64,000 bases of DNA, taken from assembly GCA_951406725.2 (NCBI GenBank), contig OX597817.1, positions 27,094,001-27,158,000 on the forward strand, in the 5' to 3' direction. The notes below the pieces were generated by a model that was not told where the DNA came from, did no database searches, and saw nothing but the letters and a program-made list of their open reading frames with translations. Shown piece by piece: positions 39,813 through 52,866 of this stretch (position 1 is the first letter of the stretch; the number at the start of each line of letters is the position of its first letter). The translations under genes and the position numbers were made by a program. The stretch comes from Octopus vulgaris (lineage: Eukaryota).

Positions 39813-40469
39813 AACAACAAACAAGATGTGGACAAATATCCGTCAATTGTAAATAACGTAAACAATGCATTTAAGTGTATCCTTGTCCTTAACTCTAACT
39901 GATTTTCCTGAGGACATACAAAGCATATCATGTGGTTCCTGGCTTTCTTCTTCAGTCTTATTTTGCCCATGTTTTTGTCATATAATGCTAAACCTGAAAT
40001 GGATATCTAAAAACAATATTATAAGAATCTGCAAGTATTTTCCTTTGTAATGAAACAATTTCAATAGTAAACTTCTAACATGAATTAAGAAGAACTCATC
40101 TACAAACCATAACATTACCTGCTTCCTCTCTTTCTTCGCGTCCTTTAGTCTGTTAATTTTTCCATCTGTTGAGAGAACTAAATCACTTCTTTCGTACAAA
40201 ATAATTATGGAAAATATTCTGCATCAACAAACACATCAGAGTGGTTTATTGAAAACTATTATTGACATAGGAACAATAATGAATGAAGAGAGGGTAAAAT
40301 TGTAGTCATTTATTGAAACAGTCTTTTATCAAGAATAAAGATCTTTATAGTGTTACCATTATTTCTGATTTAATGGGGTTTTTCAAATAAAACAAGGGAA
40401 ATACAACAATCTTCAATTTCCTTTTTTGTTTCTTCATTTCTCTCTGTTTATTTCCTTCTTTTCCTTTAT

Positions 40470-40485
40470 ATATCTATCTACTTCA

Positions 40486-40556
<71 letters not shown>

Positions 40557-40608
40557 ACTATCTAACTATCTATCTGTCTGTCTGTCTGTCTATCTATTTA
40601 TTTATCTT

Positions 40609-40662
<54 letters not shown>

Positions 40663-40663
40663 A

Positions 40664-40698
<35 letters not shown>

Positions 40699-41060
40699 CA
40701 TCTATCTATCTATCTATACACTTATCCATCTATCTATCTTTCTGTCTAATTACCTACTTCCATACGTACCTACCTATCTGTGTACCACCTTGTTCATCTA
40801 CATATCTATCTATCTTTCTACCTATCTTTCTATCTATTTATCAATCTTATCATTTACCTATCTATCTATCAATCTATTTTACTATCCATCTATCTATTCA
40901 TCTATCTATATATCCAACTATCCGTCTACATCTATCTTATCTATCTATATCTACCTACATCCCTACCTACCTACTTACCTACCTGCTTACCTACCTACCT
41001 ACCTACCTACCTACCCACCTACCTACCTACCTACCTACCTACCTACCTACCAACCTACTC
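40470..41060. repeat. (TCTA)n grading into (CCTA)n tetranucleotide microsatellite
   Basis: Direct reading. Confidence 0.95.
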
Positions 41061-41721
41061 GTTTGCCTCTCTAGCTTTCTCTCCGTCTACCTTTTTATCT
41101 TTTCTCAGCCTCTTTGTATATTGTTTTTCCTGTATTATATTATATCTCGATTCAACATAATATGTAAGAAACTTAATATGTAAGAAAATATTATTCAATG
41201 AATGTTACTTTCAACATGTTGAAAAAGATAATTCTGAAAGAGAAGGAGGAGACAGGAGTGAAGTGTGGTTGTAATTGTTTTGCATTTAAAAAAACTCAGT
41301 TGGAACTTCAAAAAAAAAAACAAAAAGAGACAGAAGCTGAAACTGAAGATGTTTACAAAGAAATGCTTAGAAAAAAAGACAAAAAAAAATTTAACTATTT
41401 TCTGAAAATAATTGTAAAGATTAAGATAAGGTTGAATTAAAAGTGTAGTAAGCATAGTCAATTGAATAAATCTAAAGATATCAAAAGAAATAAGATAAAG
41501 CGCAAAAAGGAAAGGATAAAATTTTCTGAAATATGCTTTATCCTTTTTGGTAAATATCTTATTCAAAATCTATTCCTATATTCTATGGAATAATACTGGC
41601 TCACAGTAATTATATTTACTGATGCCAAACTAATACTTTTACCTGACAAAATTTGTGTTGATTTCTTTATCATAGTCTACGTCCAGTTTATAACACTTGG
41701 TTTCATTTTTAAATTGGATGT

Positions 41722-42072
41722 CATCATCATCATCATCATCATCATCGTTTAGCGTCCGCTTTCCATGCTGGCATGGGTTGGATGGATCAACTGGGGTCTG
41801 GGAAGCCAGAAGGCTGCACCAGGCCCAGTCTGATCTGGCAATATTTCTATAGCTGGATGCCCTTCCTAACGCCAACCACTCTGTGAGTGTAGTGGGTGCT
41901 TTTTACGTGCCAGACGAGGCTGACAAATGGCTAATGATCGGATGGTGCTTTTTACGTGCCACCGGCACGGGGACCAGATGAAGCTGGCAATGGCCACGAT
42001 CGGATTGTGCTTTTTACGTGCCACCGGCACGGATGCCAGTCGCACGGCGCTGGCTACAGCCACGTTCAGATG
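41722..42072 (-). mobile_element. RTE LINE 3' UTR
   Basis: Tail plus three gtgcttttt(t)acgtgcca modules. Confidence 0.9.
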
Positions 42073-42370
42073 TGATGATGCATATACCTATGAGTACACA
42101 ATTTCAGCCCCTGCTCTAAGCAGCATTGTCATTGAGTATGAACAAGATTCTTAATCTTGCAGTGAGATATGTGTACAGCAGTCTGTTGTCCTTAACATAG
42201 CAAGTAGCCTGCTTCCCAATCACATACTTCTGAGTTTAGTCCCAACGTGTGATACCTTGGGCAGGTGAGTTCTACTATAGCTACATCAGATACCATGATG
42301 GTTCTAAGTTGTAGGTACAGGAGGTGGTTAAACTCTGCATAGGGAGTAGACAACCACCATATATATATAT

Positions 42371-42582
42371 ACTCTTTTACTCTTTTACTTGTTTCAGTCA
42401 TTTGACTGCGGCCATGCTGGAGCACCGCCTTTAATCGAGCAACTCAACTTATTCTTTTGTAAGCCTAGTACTTATTCTATCGGTCTCTTTTGCCGAACCG
42501 CTAAGTAACGGGGACATAAACACACCAGCGTTGGTTGTCAAGAAATGCTAGGGAGACAAACACAGATGCACAAACACAAACA

Positions 42583-42624
<42 letters not shown>

Positions 42625-42712
42625 TACGATGGGCTTCTTTCAGTTTCCATCTACCAAATCCACTCACAAGGCTTTGGTCGGCTATAGTAGAAGCCACTTG
42701 CCCAAGGTGCCA
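42371..42712 (-). mobile_element. SINE family A, head-truncated
   Basis: Tail and body match. Confidence 0.88.
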
Positions 42713-43001
42713 CATATATATATACATATATATATATATAAATTAAAATACTGAGGGTAGAAATTGATATCAATTAATTAACATCAATTTAAACCAGTGG
42801 TGTAGTACATTAAAAAAAAATCGGAAGATTTAAAGATTATATTACAGTTAATGAGAGGAATGACCACTAAAGTGGAATCCTATATGCTAGAAATAGAAGT
42901 CAAATCGCCTTACCACAAAAAATGTGTTCTCAAGAAAAAACTTAGCAAATGCTAAAATGTAAAAAATAAGCATAGCAAATGAAAATAATAAAACGATTAC
43001 C

Positions 43002-43076
43002 TACGTATCATGATTTCATTATTAACACTTACAAAATGCAAAATGCAAGATGCAGTATCTGTAAATCCTCAGCATA
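43002..43076 (-). ncRNA. Degenerate hammerhead-like motif
   Basis: Minus strand: tatg CTGAGGA..GAAA tcatg ATA cgta; stem I and palindromic stem III pair, stem II base disrupted. Confidence 0.5.
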
Positions 43077-43602
43077 TATATGTATGCACGTTTATGTGTG
43101 TGTGTATATATATACATAAATATGTATGCATGTATATGTGCATGTGTATGCATGCATGTGTTCGTGCATGCGTGCGTGTGTGTGTATGTTTGTATTTTTG
43201 TGTTTGTGCCCCAGCATGGCTGCAGTCCAGTGCCTGAAGCAAGCAAAACATGGATAAAAGATTTTAGTGTGAAAATTTCCCATACTCAAAGCCATGGTAA
43301 CAGAGAGAGAGAGAGAGAGACAGACAGAGAGACAGAGAGAGCTTTACCAATTGATCTATAACTAACATAATGGTACAAATAAAAGGCAGGGAGCTGTCAG
43401 AATTGTTAGCACACCAGGTGAACTGCTTAACAGCATTTTGGTCAGCTTTACATTTTGGGTTCAAATTCCATTGTAGCTCACTTTGACTTGCCTTTCAAGC
43501 TCTATAAAATATGTACCAGTTGAACACTGGGGTTGATTAAATTGATATAACCCCTCCCACAAAACTGCTGTGCCAAAATTCGACACAAATATACTAGTTT
43601 TT

Positions 43603-43885
43603 TGATCTGTAATTTTGTGGGTTTGCCATTTCAGTGGATTTGGGAATGAGGATAGTTTTCCCTTCCATGAACTATTCAGGCATTGTGTCTGGCTCTGCTA
43701 ATATGTCATTAAGTTTCTCAGCCAGATATTTTAACCGGAAGTTGGGGATCTAATTGTGCTTGGGTGCCTTCCAGTTACTTAGTTTTGCAGTACCTGGGTG
43801 ACCTCTTCAGTTGTGATAGGGGTCCAGAGTTGTTCAGGTGCTGAGTTTGTTGTTTTGATAGACCTTTTCTGAGGGTGTTCCTTCA
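43603..43885 (-). mobile_element. R4/Dong-like RT N-terminal fragment
   Basis: ITTEEV..SNWKAP..IPNF.LKYL..GKTILIPKS..NPQNYR. Confidence 0.8.
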
Positions 43886-43917
43886 CTTATTAATCATCAT
43901 CGTCATCATCATCATCA

Positions 43918-43978
<61 letters not shown>

Positions 43979-44265
43979 CATCATTATTATTATTATTATT
44001 ATTAGGAAAGGTATCCAGACATGTACACAATGCATTAAGGGATATTATCATATTCATCCTATGCTAGAGCAGTACCAGACTAATAGCCATTGCATGAAAT
44101 TACTCTGGAAGATGGAAATTGTAAACAGTAACCAAAATAAATAGCATAGGAGCTTCTCACAAGTGCATTCAAAACAGTTACCCATAAACGAACTTAAAGG
44201 ATATATATATATATATATATTTTGCTGTGCAAGAGTTTTTTATGTGAAATCGTGTGTTGAAACAG

Positions 44266-44378
44266 ATATTGTTGTATTTCGGAATGGTCATTTTGCCAGT
44301 TTAGCAAAGTAACACCAAATATATAGTGCGTGTGTTTATATTGGCTAAACTGGCAAAATGACCATTCCAAAATACAAC

Positions 44379-44383
<5 letters not shown>
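44266..44383. repeat. 40-bp inverted repeat with 38-nt spacer (PLE-like terminus)
   Basis: atattgttgtatttcggaatggtcattttgccagtttagc / gctaaactggcaaaatgaccattccaaaatacaacaatat; one mismatch. Confidence 0.85.
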
Positions 44384-44430
<47 letters not shown>

Positions 44431-44987
44431 TATGCAACAGATTAAAGAGAAGTGAGTTGAGAGAGTAGATCATTATTTTGTTCATTATCTTATTAATCAC
44501 ATAACAGATATTACATCAACATTAATATACATATAATGTATACATAGAAATATCTATGTAAACGTCTGTTAATCTATCTATCTATCTATCAGATTGTCTG
44601 TATTTTTATATATATGAAAAAAGGGAAAAAGATGACAAAGGAATAAATGATTATCTTATGACTCTTACTAGCTTACTGCTATAAAATATGGTAGACTCAT
44701 AGTTGTGTGGCTGAGTACCATGTTACAGCTTCATCACAGCCTTGAACCTGAAGTGCAATTCATTTGGGAAAACAAATACACTTGAGTATATATAGAGGAA
44801 AGCATTGCTAATCGAAAAGCATATCTGTGGTGTATGAAATACAGGGGCACCTCCAATTATTAGAATATGATTAATTCTCTGATGTGTATACTATATATAA
44901 TTATATAACTATATATATATATATATAAAAATGTAATGGCTGTGCCCCAACATGACTGCAGTCTAATTACAGAAACTAGTAAAACAT

Positions 44988-45027
<40 letters not shown>

Positions 45028-45219
45028 CATATATATAATTATTTATGCATATGAATACCCATATGTACAAGGGTGCTGAGACTAACAAATTAGTTTAGAA
45101 TGAATCATGATCATTAAGAATTCTACTACAGAGAGCAAGCTGGCCGTATATATATTTATGGACTGTTGATGTACTCAGCCTGTTGGCATTAATGATTTAC
45201 TTTGCTGGAGCAATGCCCA

Positions 45220-45622
45220 TCTGTGGCTGTGTTGTAAGTAGCTTGCTTAACAACCACATGGTTCTGGGTTCAGTCCCACTGCGTGGCACCTTGGGCAAGT
45301 GTCATCTACTATAGCCTCGAACTGGCCAAAGCCTTGTGAGTGGATTTGGTAGATGGAAACTGAAAGAAGCCCATCGTATATATGTATATATATATGTAAG
45401 TGTGTGTATATATTTGTGTGTATGTATTTACCCCCTCTCCCCCAACATCGCTTGACAATCGATGCTGGTGTGTTTACGTCCCGTAATTTAGCAGTTCAGC
45501 AAAAGACACCGATAGAATAAGTACTAAGCTTACAAAGAATAAGTCCTGGGGTCGATTTGCTCGACTAAAGGCGGTGCTCCAGCATGGCCACAGTCAAATG
45601 ACTGAAACAAGTAAAAGAGTAA
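45220..45622 (+). mobile_element. SINE family A
   Basis: Near full length. Confidence 0.9.
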
Positions 45623-46614
45623 ATGTATGTGTTTTAAATTAGTTCACTACCCCTACATCAAATCGATATATACTGGTGCACAAGTGTGCCACATGTCAGA
45701 TGTCAAAATGATTGTAAAGTAACATGAAATGAAGTGTTTTGCTCAAGATCACAATGCACTGCTCAGTCTGGGAATCAAACCCATAATCTAATAATTGTGA
45801 GTATGACATCTAAACTCCTAAGCCACCTGTATCTGTGTGTGTGTGTGCATATGTGTTGTCAATTGTGAAGCCTCTAATGAGAGCTACTGGTAACATGAAA
45901 TCCAGTACAACCAGCAGGACTGAAAACAAAATCTGTCAAAAAGGACAGCTGAACCTAGTGTTGGTTCAAGAACTATCTGTCAATAGCACAAATCCTCAGA
46001 AATTTTGAGTTGGTGTCCAGCATGTTGGAGAAACACTGGGATTGAATTACCCCTTAACTTTTGCTAAAGCATGTCTCTAGGATATAATCACTCTGTTATA
46101 TAAAACGAGATATGTAGGGAATGGTATCGAACATTTTGAAGATGTTTTACTTGGGCTTGATGTTCATGACACTCCCACATCCCTTAGCCTGTGATCCATT
46201 TTGAAACTGGATATCTTGCCCTGGCCTGTCTCTGGGTCATGTCAGTAGGGGTGGAGAAGGTTTGAGAGCTTCTGTGAAAACTTTATTACACCCAAAATTT
46301 TAGGTTGTGCAATTGTCAGTGAGGTGACTATCAGATTCCTTGTTGAGCAGGAGGGTGCCATGTTGAGTATCGAAGCTGTGAATATGAACCCCTTGGATGG
46401 GCATTGCTGGCATTTTGCATAGGCAATGACCAGTGATGGTCTTCCTTGGTCATGAGGGGAAAGTCATCATTGTCATCATCATCATCATACACAGACATAT
46501 ATATGGTTCAAAATGGTACAAAAAGTCAGAGACAAAAAAACCAAAAGTCAGAGACAAGTGAAGGAACAAGGAAGAGGGTGTATTAGTTTGGCATTCACGA
46601 GAAATAGGAGAATT

Positions 46615-46650
46615 CTTTAACATTTCGAGTCTACACTCTTCTGCAGAAAG
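46615..46650 (-). ncRNA. Degenerate minimal hammerhead-like motif
   Basis: Minus strand: cttt CTGCAGA a gag tgtaga ctc GAAAT GTT aaag; stems I and II pair, core A6 altered. Confidence 0.5.
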
Positions 46651-47281
46651 CAATGAGAAGAGGAAACAGATGAGGAGAGAAACAAAACAATGTGTCTGGA
46701 GAAACAGTTGCACATGTTGAATTGTATGTATACCCTACAGGACAAGAAATAAAATCTCAGTAGGCTCAACAGCCATCCAATAGCTAGGCATGACCTAATC
46801 TTTCTTTGGATATCTCTATAGGACGATGAAAACTCTGAAATAAGACCAGAGGCATTGTTAGCTTTCTGTGACACAATCTTGCTCTTTTCAGAAAATGAAT
46901 ACGTTGTTTAGATGTGGGGTTGGCTCACTACAAGGTCTTCCATCACTTAAGCAGAAACCTATGGCATAGGATTAATTTTCTTAACATTTCTATTATGTGT
47001 TGTATAATATGACCGACAGTAACTAAAAAAGGCAAAACACTAAATGGAAAATTTCATGATGGAATTAAGGAATGTGTCAACATAGGTGGTAATTCTAGAA
47101 CACTTGCTTCCAGAGGTGTCCATCGTTGCCACATCTGTGCAAAAGTGTGCAGGCCTATAGCAGTATTGGAAAACTGAAAAGCCACATCCATGCTACTTTA
47201 AGAGAACAATTAAATCTAAGAGATGGCATTGCTTGATACTGAGTTGCTGCCATCGCATGTGTGCATGTGTGTGTGTGTGTG

Positions 47282-47313
<32 letters not shown>

Positions 47314-50114
47314 CGTGTGTGTGTGTGTGTGTGCCTGTGTGCGTGACTGTGCTCACCAAACAAATATTTGTCATGCATTTTGTTTTATTGACAGTTTTGG
47401 TAGTACATCTTTCCATAAATAATTTCAATTGTTACAAACAGATCAAATCAAGCATATTTTATTTGAAAGTGATTGATTCCGGATCCTTATTTATTGCACT
47501 TCCCTGGCAGTCAGAATCTATAGCGGATGGAAAATAGGAAGCAAGCAATAACGTCTTTATATCTAAGATATTGGATTGCTATATATATATATATATAATA
47601 TTCCAGTAGGGATCATACTCCTAGAGAAAATCCTTTCACCAAAACTTTAATTCTTCTTGGACCTGGAATACATGAAGCTGATAAAGTCCATGTAAATTGC
47701 TATAAAAATTCTGGTTTGCTCCCCATGTCTTAAACATTCTTATTTATCAAATAATCCAAACATCAAAAGTAATTCTTTCAATATCATCGTGGTTACATTA
47801 CTTAAATATAGTTACATCCATTGTTCAAAATGCCTGTTGGATGTTAATACTGCAGCCCTATTGAAATTATCTCCCCCTTTCTTTTGTGTCACTAATGAAC
47901 GCTGCTAGAATTTCGTGAGCCTTCTCCAACCAAGGAGAATATTTCAATTCATTAAGAATATTTTTGCATATGTCATTCAGTACATCCATCTATATTTAGT
48001 TTATTTCAAACCATGCCATCGGCATATTTTAGTTATTTCCCTTAGCTCAGTTTTCTTGTTCAAAATCCCATTGATTAGAAACCTAATGTTTTGTCCACAT
48101 TTCTTAGGTATATTTCTGATTTTAATATAAAAATATGATACTGAGCCACTAGAATATATATAATTGTTCATCTAAAATATACTGTATGACAAAAGGTCCT
48201 TCAGCTATCCTGCATTATTAAATTCTGTTGAAGGACATATGACAAATATGAATTTTAGCCATTGATTGCCAGAACATATAATCATTTTCTACAAACTGTG
48301 CAATTAAGTGGCTTTGGAAGGTTAGTAGATGAAATTATCTAACAGGCTGTACTCATTAGCTAAACTGCAAGCTGAGAAAACTACAAGTAGCGTGCTGATC
48401 TCCAAATTACATAGTTATATAATTATGTAGAATATCACCATAAATAAGAAAACACAGAAATAAGTATAAAGAAAATATAAGAGGGACTTATTGATTTTTC
48501 AGCCCAATTTTAAACATGTTCTGGCAATTTATTGTTGAAGGAGGAAACTGTATTAAATGTAGAGTATAGAAATGGAAATTTAACAGAACCATAAATGAGA
48601 CAAAAAGCAAATCAAATTATAAAAATATAAATTTATTTTTAAAATTCACCTAAAACAAAACAATAACTAAGCACAAAAACTACATGAATAATAAAAATTT
48701 AAATGCACATTGCAATTAATATCAGTTCCCATGGTAACTTGCTTTCTGTTTCACTATCTCAATACAACATTTCTCTTGAAAACTAAAACAAACAAAGAAA
48801 AAAAAAACTCACTTGCATTGTATATAATTCTGATATGAATGCATAATATAAAAATATGAAGGTAGTCTCTTACAGTAACTGTTTCTGATTGCAACTCTAA
48901 CTTCTTGTTGATTGTTGGCGCTTTTGTTCTGTCCATTTGATAAGCTTGGTTTTTGTTGTTGTTTTTTTTTTTAACATACTGTATTCCTACACTTCACTAG
49001 ATTACTAAATTATGCTGATTTGGTTTGCTCCAAGGCAATGGTTTTGTTTCTGTTTATTTTTATTCCGATGTAAATTAATAATTTTCAGTTTTAAATTATT
49101 GATACTCATTTAGTTGTAATTAGTATTTGCTTCTTAAGGAATTTTCCCAGTACTACTAATAACATTTTATTTCTTATCTCCAAATCATTGTCTTTATAAT
49201 ACCAGGCAAAAGTCCATTCAGCCATGCATCATTCATGCTGTTAACAGTCAGCTGAGCATTTTTATAGATTATCTTCTCACTGGATGCCTCTGTATGTTAT
49301 CTTACCATCTGCAGAGCCTAATTTATACTGATCATCACTGAATATTTCTTTACTGTTCTCTCCTTTTATTAAATGCAACTTGCTTGCAGCAACATTTAAG
49401 ATTAATTCTCACTTAATGAGTAATGCTCTTAATGTAAAAATCAGTCAATGTTTATTTTACTCTGCTGTTTCCCTAAACCATTTTACTCAGTCTGTTAATG
49501 TTATGAAGCTTAGCTATCAACCGATAACCTGCAGAACTACACCAGATCTCTCTCTGCGATATAAATATTCCCTTGATATCTATAGCAAATTAAAACACAA
49601 CTGAATGGAATAAAAATCATTATAGTAGCCATAGAATTGATAGAAAAAGAAGTAACAATTTAAGTGTAAGATTCTTTATTCTATTTGCCCCAAACGGATA
49701 AAATGCAAAATTGATCCCAGTGAGATTTGAACTCTGCTCAAATAAATAATAAATCATACAAGGCATTCTATCCAGCAATCAGCCAAAAATTAAAGAAAAA
49801 ATAATTAAAGAAAAACAATTGAAGCCTTCTCTATGTCTTAAAAGTTTCCATTCATGTTCCTCACCAAGATCCACTTTAAAAATATCTTAAAAGAATGTAG
49901 TTCTTTGTCAAAATGATAAGAAAAAAAAATCTTTTCTTTACTTTATTTTCATCACCTCTGTGGCTGTGTAGTTATAGATGTTTAGTCCAACTGCAATTGT
50001 CTTCAACTAAAACTTTGAGCTGACTGAAGCCTTGAGCATGGATTTATTATGCATTTGTGTATGTATGCATACTGTTGCCTTGGCATATTATTTCAGACAA
50101 TAATAGAAAAAGAA

Positions 50115-50245
50115 TCATTCATTTATTATCTCCCTTTCTCCAGACCAGTCGACGTACCAGAGCGTCTTTTGGTAGAATCTATTGCAGTGTTCATGAGTTA
50201 TTTCATCGAACCTTTCAGATATCAGTTGGTGGGCTCTACTGGATG
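50115..50245 (-). mobile_element. Possible Tc1/IS630-like transposase C-terminal fragment
   Basis: LISERFDEITHEHCNRFYQKTLWY..EREII* resembles the C-terminal helix pattern of Tc1-like transposases (from recall). Confidence 0.4.
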
Positions 50246-50805
50246 AGTTAAATAAGATAGACATGTATTCCCTTATTGCTGATGTAGTTTAACTCTTTTT
50301 GTTTTCAAGGCTGGAGCACCAATTGAAAAATTAAAATTTGATTGCAAAGAATTCAAATTTGATGGCAAAGAATCCAAACTAGATTGAAAACATCTATAAG
50401 AAGCTTGTTTAAGAACTATATAGTTTCAGGTTTAGTCCAACTGCAATTGTCTTCAACTAAAGCCTTGAGCTGACTGAAGCCTTGAGCATGGATTTATTAT
50501 GCAGTTGTGTATGTATGCATAATGTTGTCTTGGCATCATGTGATGATCATAAATGAGTCTGACTGTCATACAAGCAATGTTGTTCATTTCCAGTCTTCTA
50601 TGAAAAACATATCTGGCCATAGGGAAATATATCCTTGCTTGAAATCAGATGCATGTTGGTGACAGGAAGAGCATCCACCTGTGAACTCCATTTCACCATT
50701 TTAACCCACAACAAACTCCATCTAACCCATGCAAGCATGGAAAAGTGACCACTACAATGATGCTGACAATGATTATGATAGAGACAGTGATAAACGATAA
50801 ACATC

Positions 50806-51106
50806 GCCCTTTTCAAGCCTAGCCAGGCTCATGGGCCCAGTTTCCCGGTTTCTGTGGCGTATGTGCTCGCCCCAGCTGGACGGGACACCAGTCCTTCACA
50901 GTGTTACTCAAGAAACAGGAAGAGAGAGTGAGAGAAAGTTGTGGCGAAAGAGTACAGCAGCGGTCGCCACCACCCCCTGCCAGAGCTTCGTGGAGCTTTT
51001 AGGTGTTTTCACTCAATAAACACACACAACACCTGGTCTGGGAATCGAGACCGCAATTCTCCGACCGTGAGTCCGCTGCCCTAACCACTGGGCTATTGCA
51101 CCTCCA
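50806..51106 (-). mobile_element. SINE family C, tail type 2
   Basis: Same head as 3103-3290 but 3' part ggactggtgtcccgtccagc..cagaaaccggg..ccatgagcctggctaggc. Confidence 0.85.
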
Positions 51107-51809
51107 CGGTGACAGTGATGGTTATATGAGTATGAGGACATTGACAATGACTATGGCAATGGGGAAGATAATTACAATGAGGATAATGATAACCTCTTGC
51201 AATTTAATCTATATATTTTATTCTTCACTGTTATACAAGATATTTTAAATAACATTTCAGATAATCATCTGATGAGCTTACACTCCCATAAGGCTACAAC
51301 AAGTCTTCTTGATATCAGATTTTCCAGAGCCTCATTTAAAATTTAACTCATTATCTTCAGAAACTTTCCAGTAAAATAATCATTTCCTTTTGTCTACGAA
51401 CAAAGACTATTTTGCTCGTATAAAAGACATAATTGATTTGTTCATTTCTGGTATTTTGTTAAGATTTACATTACAAAACTGGACAAACAAAAGTCAACGT
51501 TGACTCTTAGCATGATTTGATTAACATGACCAAGAGCATGATTAATTGGAATGATAAACTGGAAGGAAAAAATGTTATTCATTCATTATTCATTATTCAT
51601 TCATAGGCTTGAGTAAGTAACTCTTGATAGCCTGGAATATTCTAACTCACTCTTGGCTATTTCTAATAGACACTACTACATATTACTACTGCTGCTACTA
51701 CTACAACTGCTGCTATTACTATAATAATAATTATGATAATAATACTTATAAATAAGATAATAATGGCCGCAGTCAAATGACTGAAACAAGTAAAGAGTAA
51801 TAATAATAA

Positions 51810-52028
51810 TAATCCTTTCTACTAAAAGTGCAATGCCTGAAATTTGTTGGGTGAGGACTAGTCAATTACATCAACCCCAGTGTTTCACTGATACTCATTT
51901 TATCGACCCTGAAAAGACAAAAGGCAAAGTCAACCTCAGTGGAATTTGAACTCAGACCATAAATATGGACGAAATGCTGCTAAATATTTTGCCCAGTGTG
52001 CTAACATTTCTGCCAATTCACCACCTTA
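51810..52028 (-). mobile_element. SINE family B2
   Basis: ttatcgaccctgaaaag..aaaggcaaagtcaacctcagtggaatttgaactc. Confidence 0.8.
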
Positions 52029-52455
52029 ATAATAATAATGATGATGATGATGATGATTTCTTTTATAATCATATAATCATCATTATCATCATTTAACGTC
52101 TGTTTTCCATGCTGGCATGGTTGAATGATATCTATAATCACTTGCTCTGCAGATGTTAACAGTGGCTCACTTTTGGAAGTAGGTGACCTTGATCAGTTCC
52201 ATTAATTCAGTTACATCTTCCAACATCTTGTAATTTTCACTATTGACTATTGTGCAAGGGATTCCTCTCACAAAGTTATATGTCGCACATCTGTACATCT
52301 TATTTTCAATAAGTTTAATCCCTCACTTCAGACATGCCCAGTTTGGTTAGACCTGCTAAGAGTAAAACTCCTTCCAGTGTAGTTTCACTGCTTTCAGGAA
52401 TTTACAACCTCAATTACCACAATTAAGAAGGCAATCATTGATATAGTAAATAAAA

Positions 52456-52866
52456 AGGTGCAGGAGTGGCTGTGTGGTAAGTAGCTTGCTAACCAGCCAC
52501 ATGGTTCCGGGTTCAGTCCCACTGCATGGCATCTTGGGCAAGTGTGTTCTGCTATAGCCCCGGGCCAACCAATGCCTTGTGAGTGGATTTGGTAGGCGGA
52601 AACTGAAAGAAGCCTGTCGTATATATGTATATATATATGTGTGTATCTGTGTGTTTGTGTGTCTGTGTTTGTCCCCTAGCATTGCTTGACAACCAATGCT
52701 GGTGTGTTTAGGTCCCCGTCACTTAGCGGTTCGGCAAAAGAGACCGATAGAACAAGTACTGGGCTTACAAAGAATAAGTCCCGGGGTCGATTTGCTCGAC
52801 TAAAGGCGGTGCTCCAGCATGGCCGCAGTCAAATGACTGAAACAAGTAAAAGAGTAAAAAGAGAAG
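52456..52866 (+). mobile_element. SINE family A, young full-length copy
   Basis: Full length, CpG retained. Confidence 0.92.

Larger units (their letters stand above)
38534..39867. mobile_element. Nested palindrome of Penelope-like pLTR units carrying four hammerhead motifs
   Basis: 38534-38945 is the reverse complement of 39051-39796 once the RTE insert is removed; each arm is itself an inverted pair around (ATT/GTT)n. Confidence 0.88.

Noticed and set aside
40960-41060. (CCTA)n as telomeric repeat
   Set aside because: It is a tetranucleotide derived from the adjacent (TCTA)n, not TTAGGG or TTAGG.
45874-45925. CTAATGA..GAAA hammerhead-like trace
   Set aside because: Core mutated and stems I and III unconvincing.
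46720-47200. Resemblance to KDZ transposase motifs (DVAFQFS, LSDG, LWSYFR)
   Set aside because: Motif spacing is inconsistent and matches are too short to support.
51265-51305. CTGATGAG motif
   Set aside because: No GAAA after the putative stem II.
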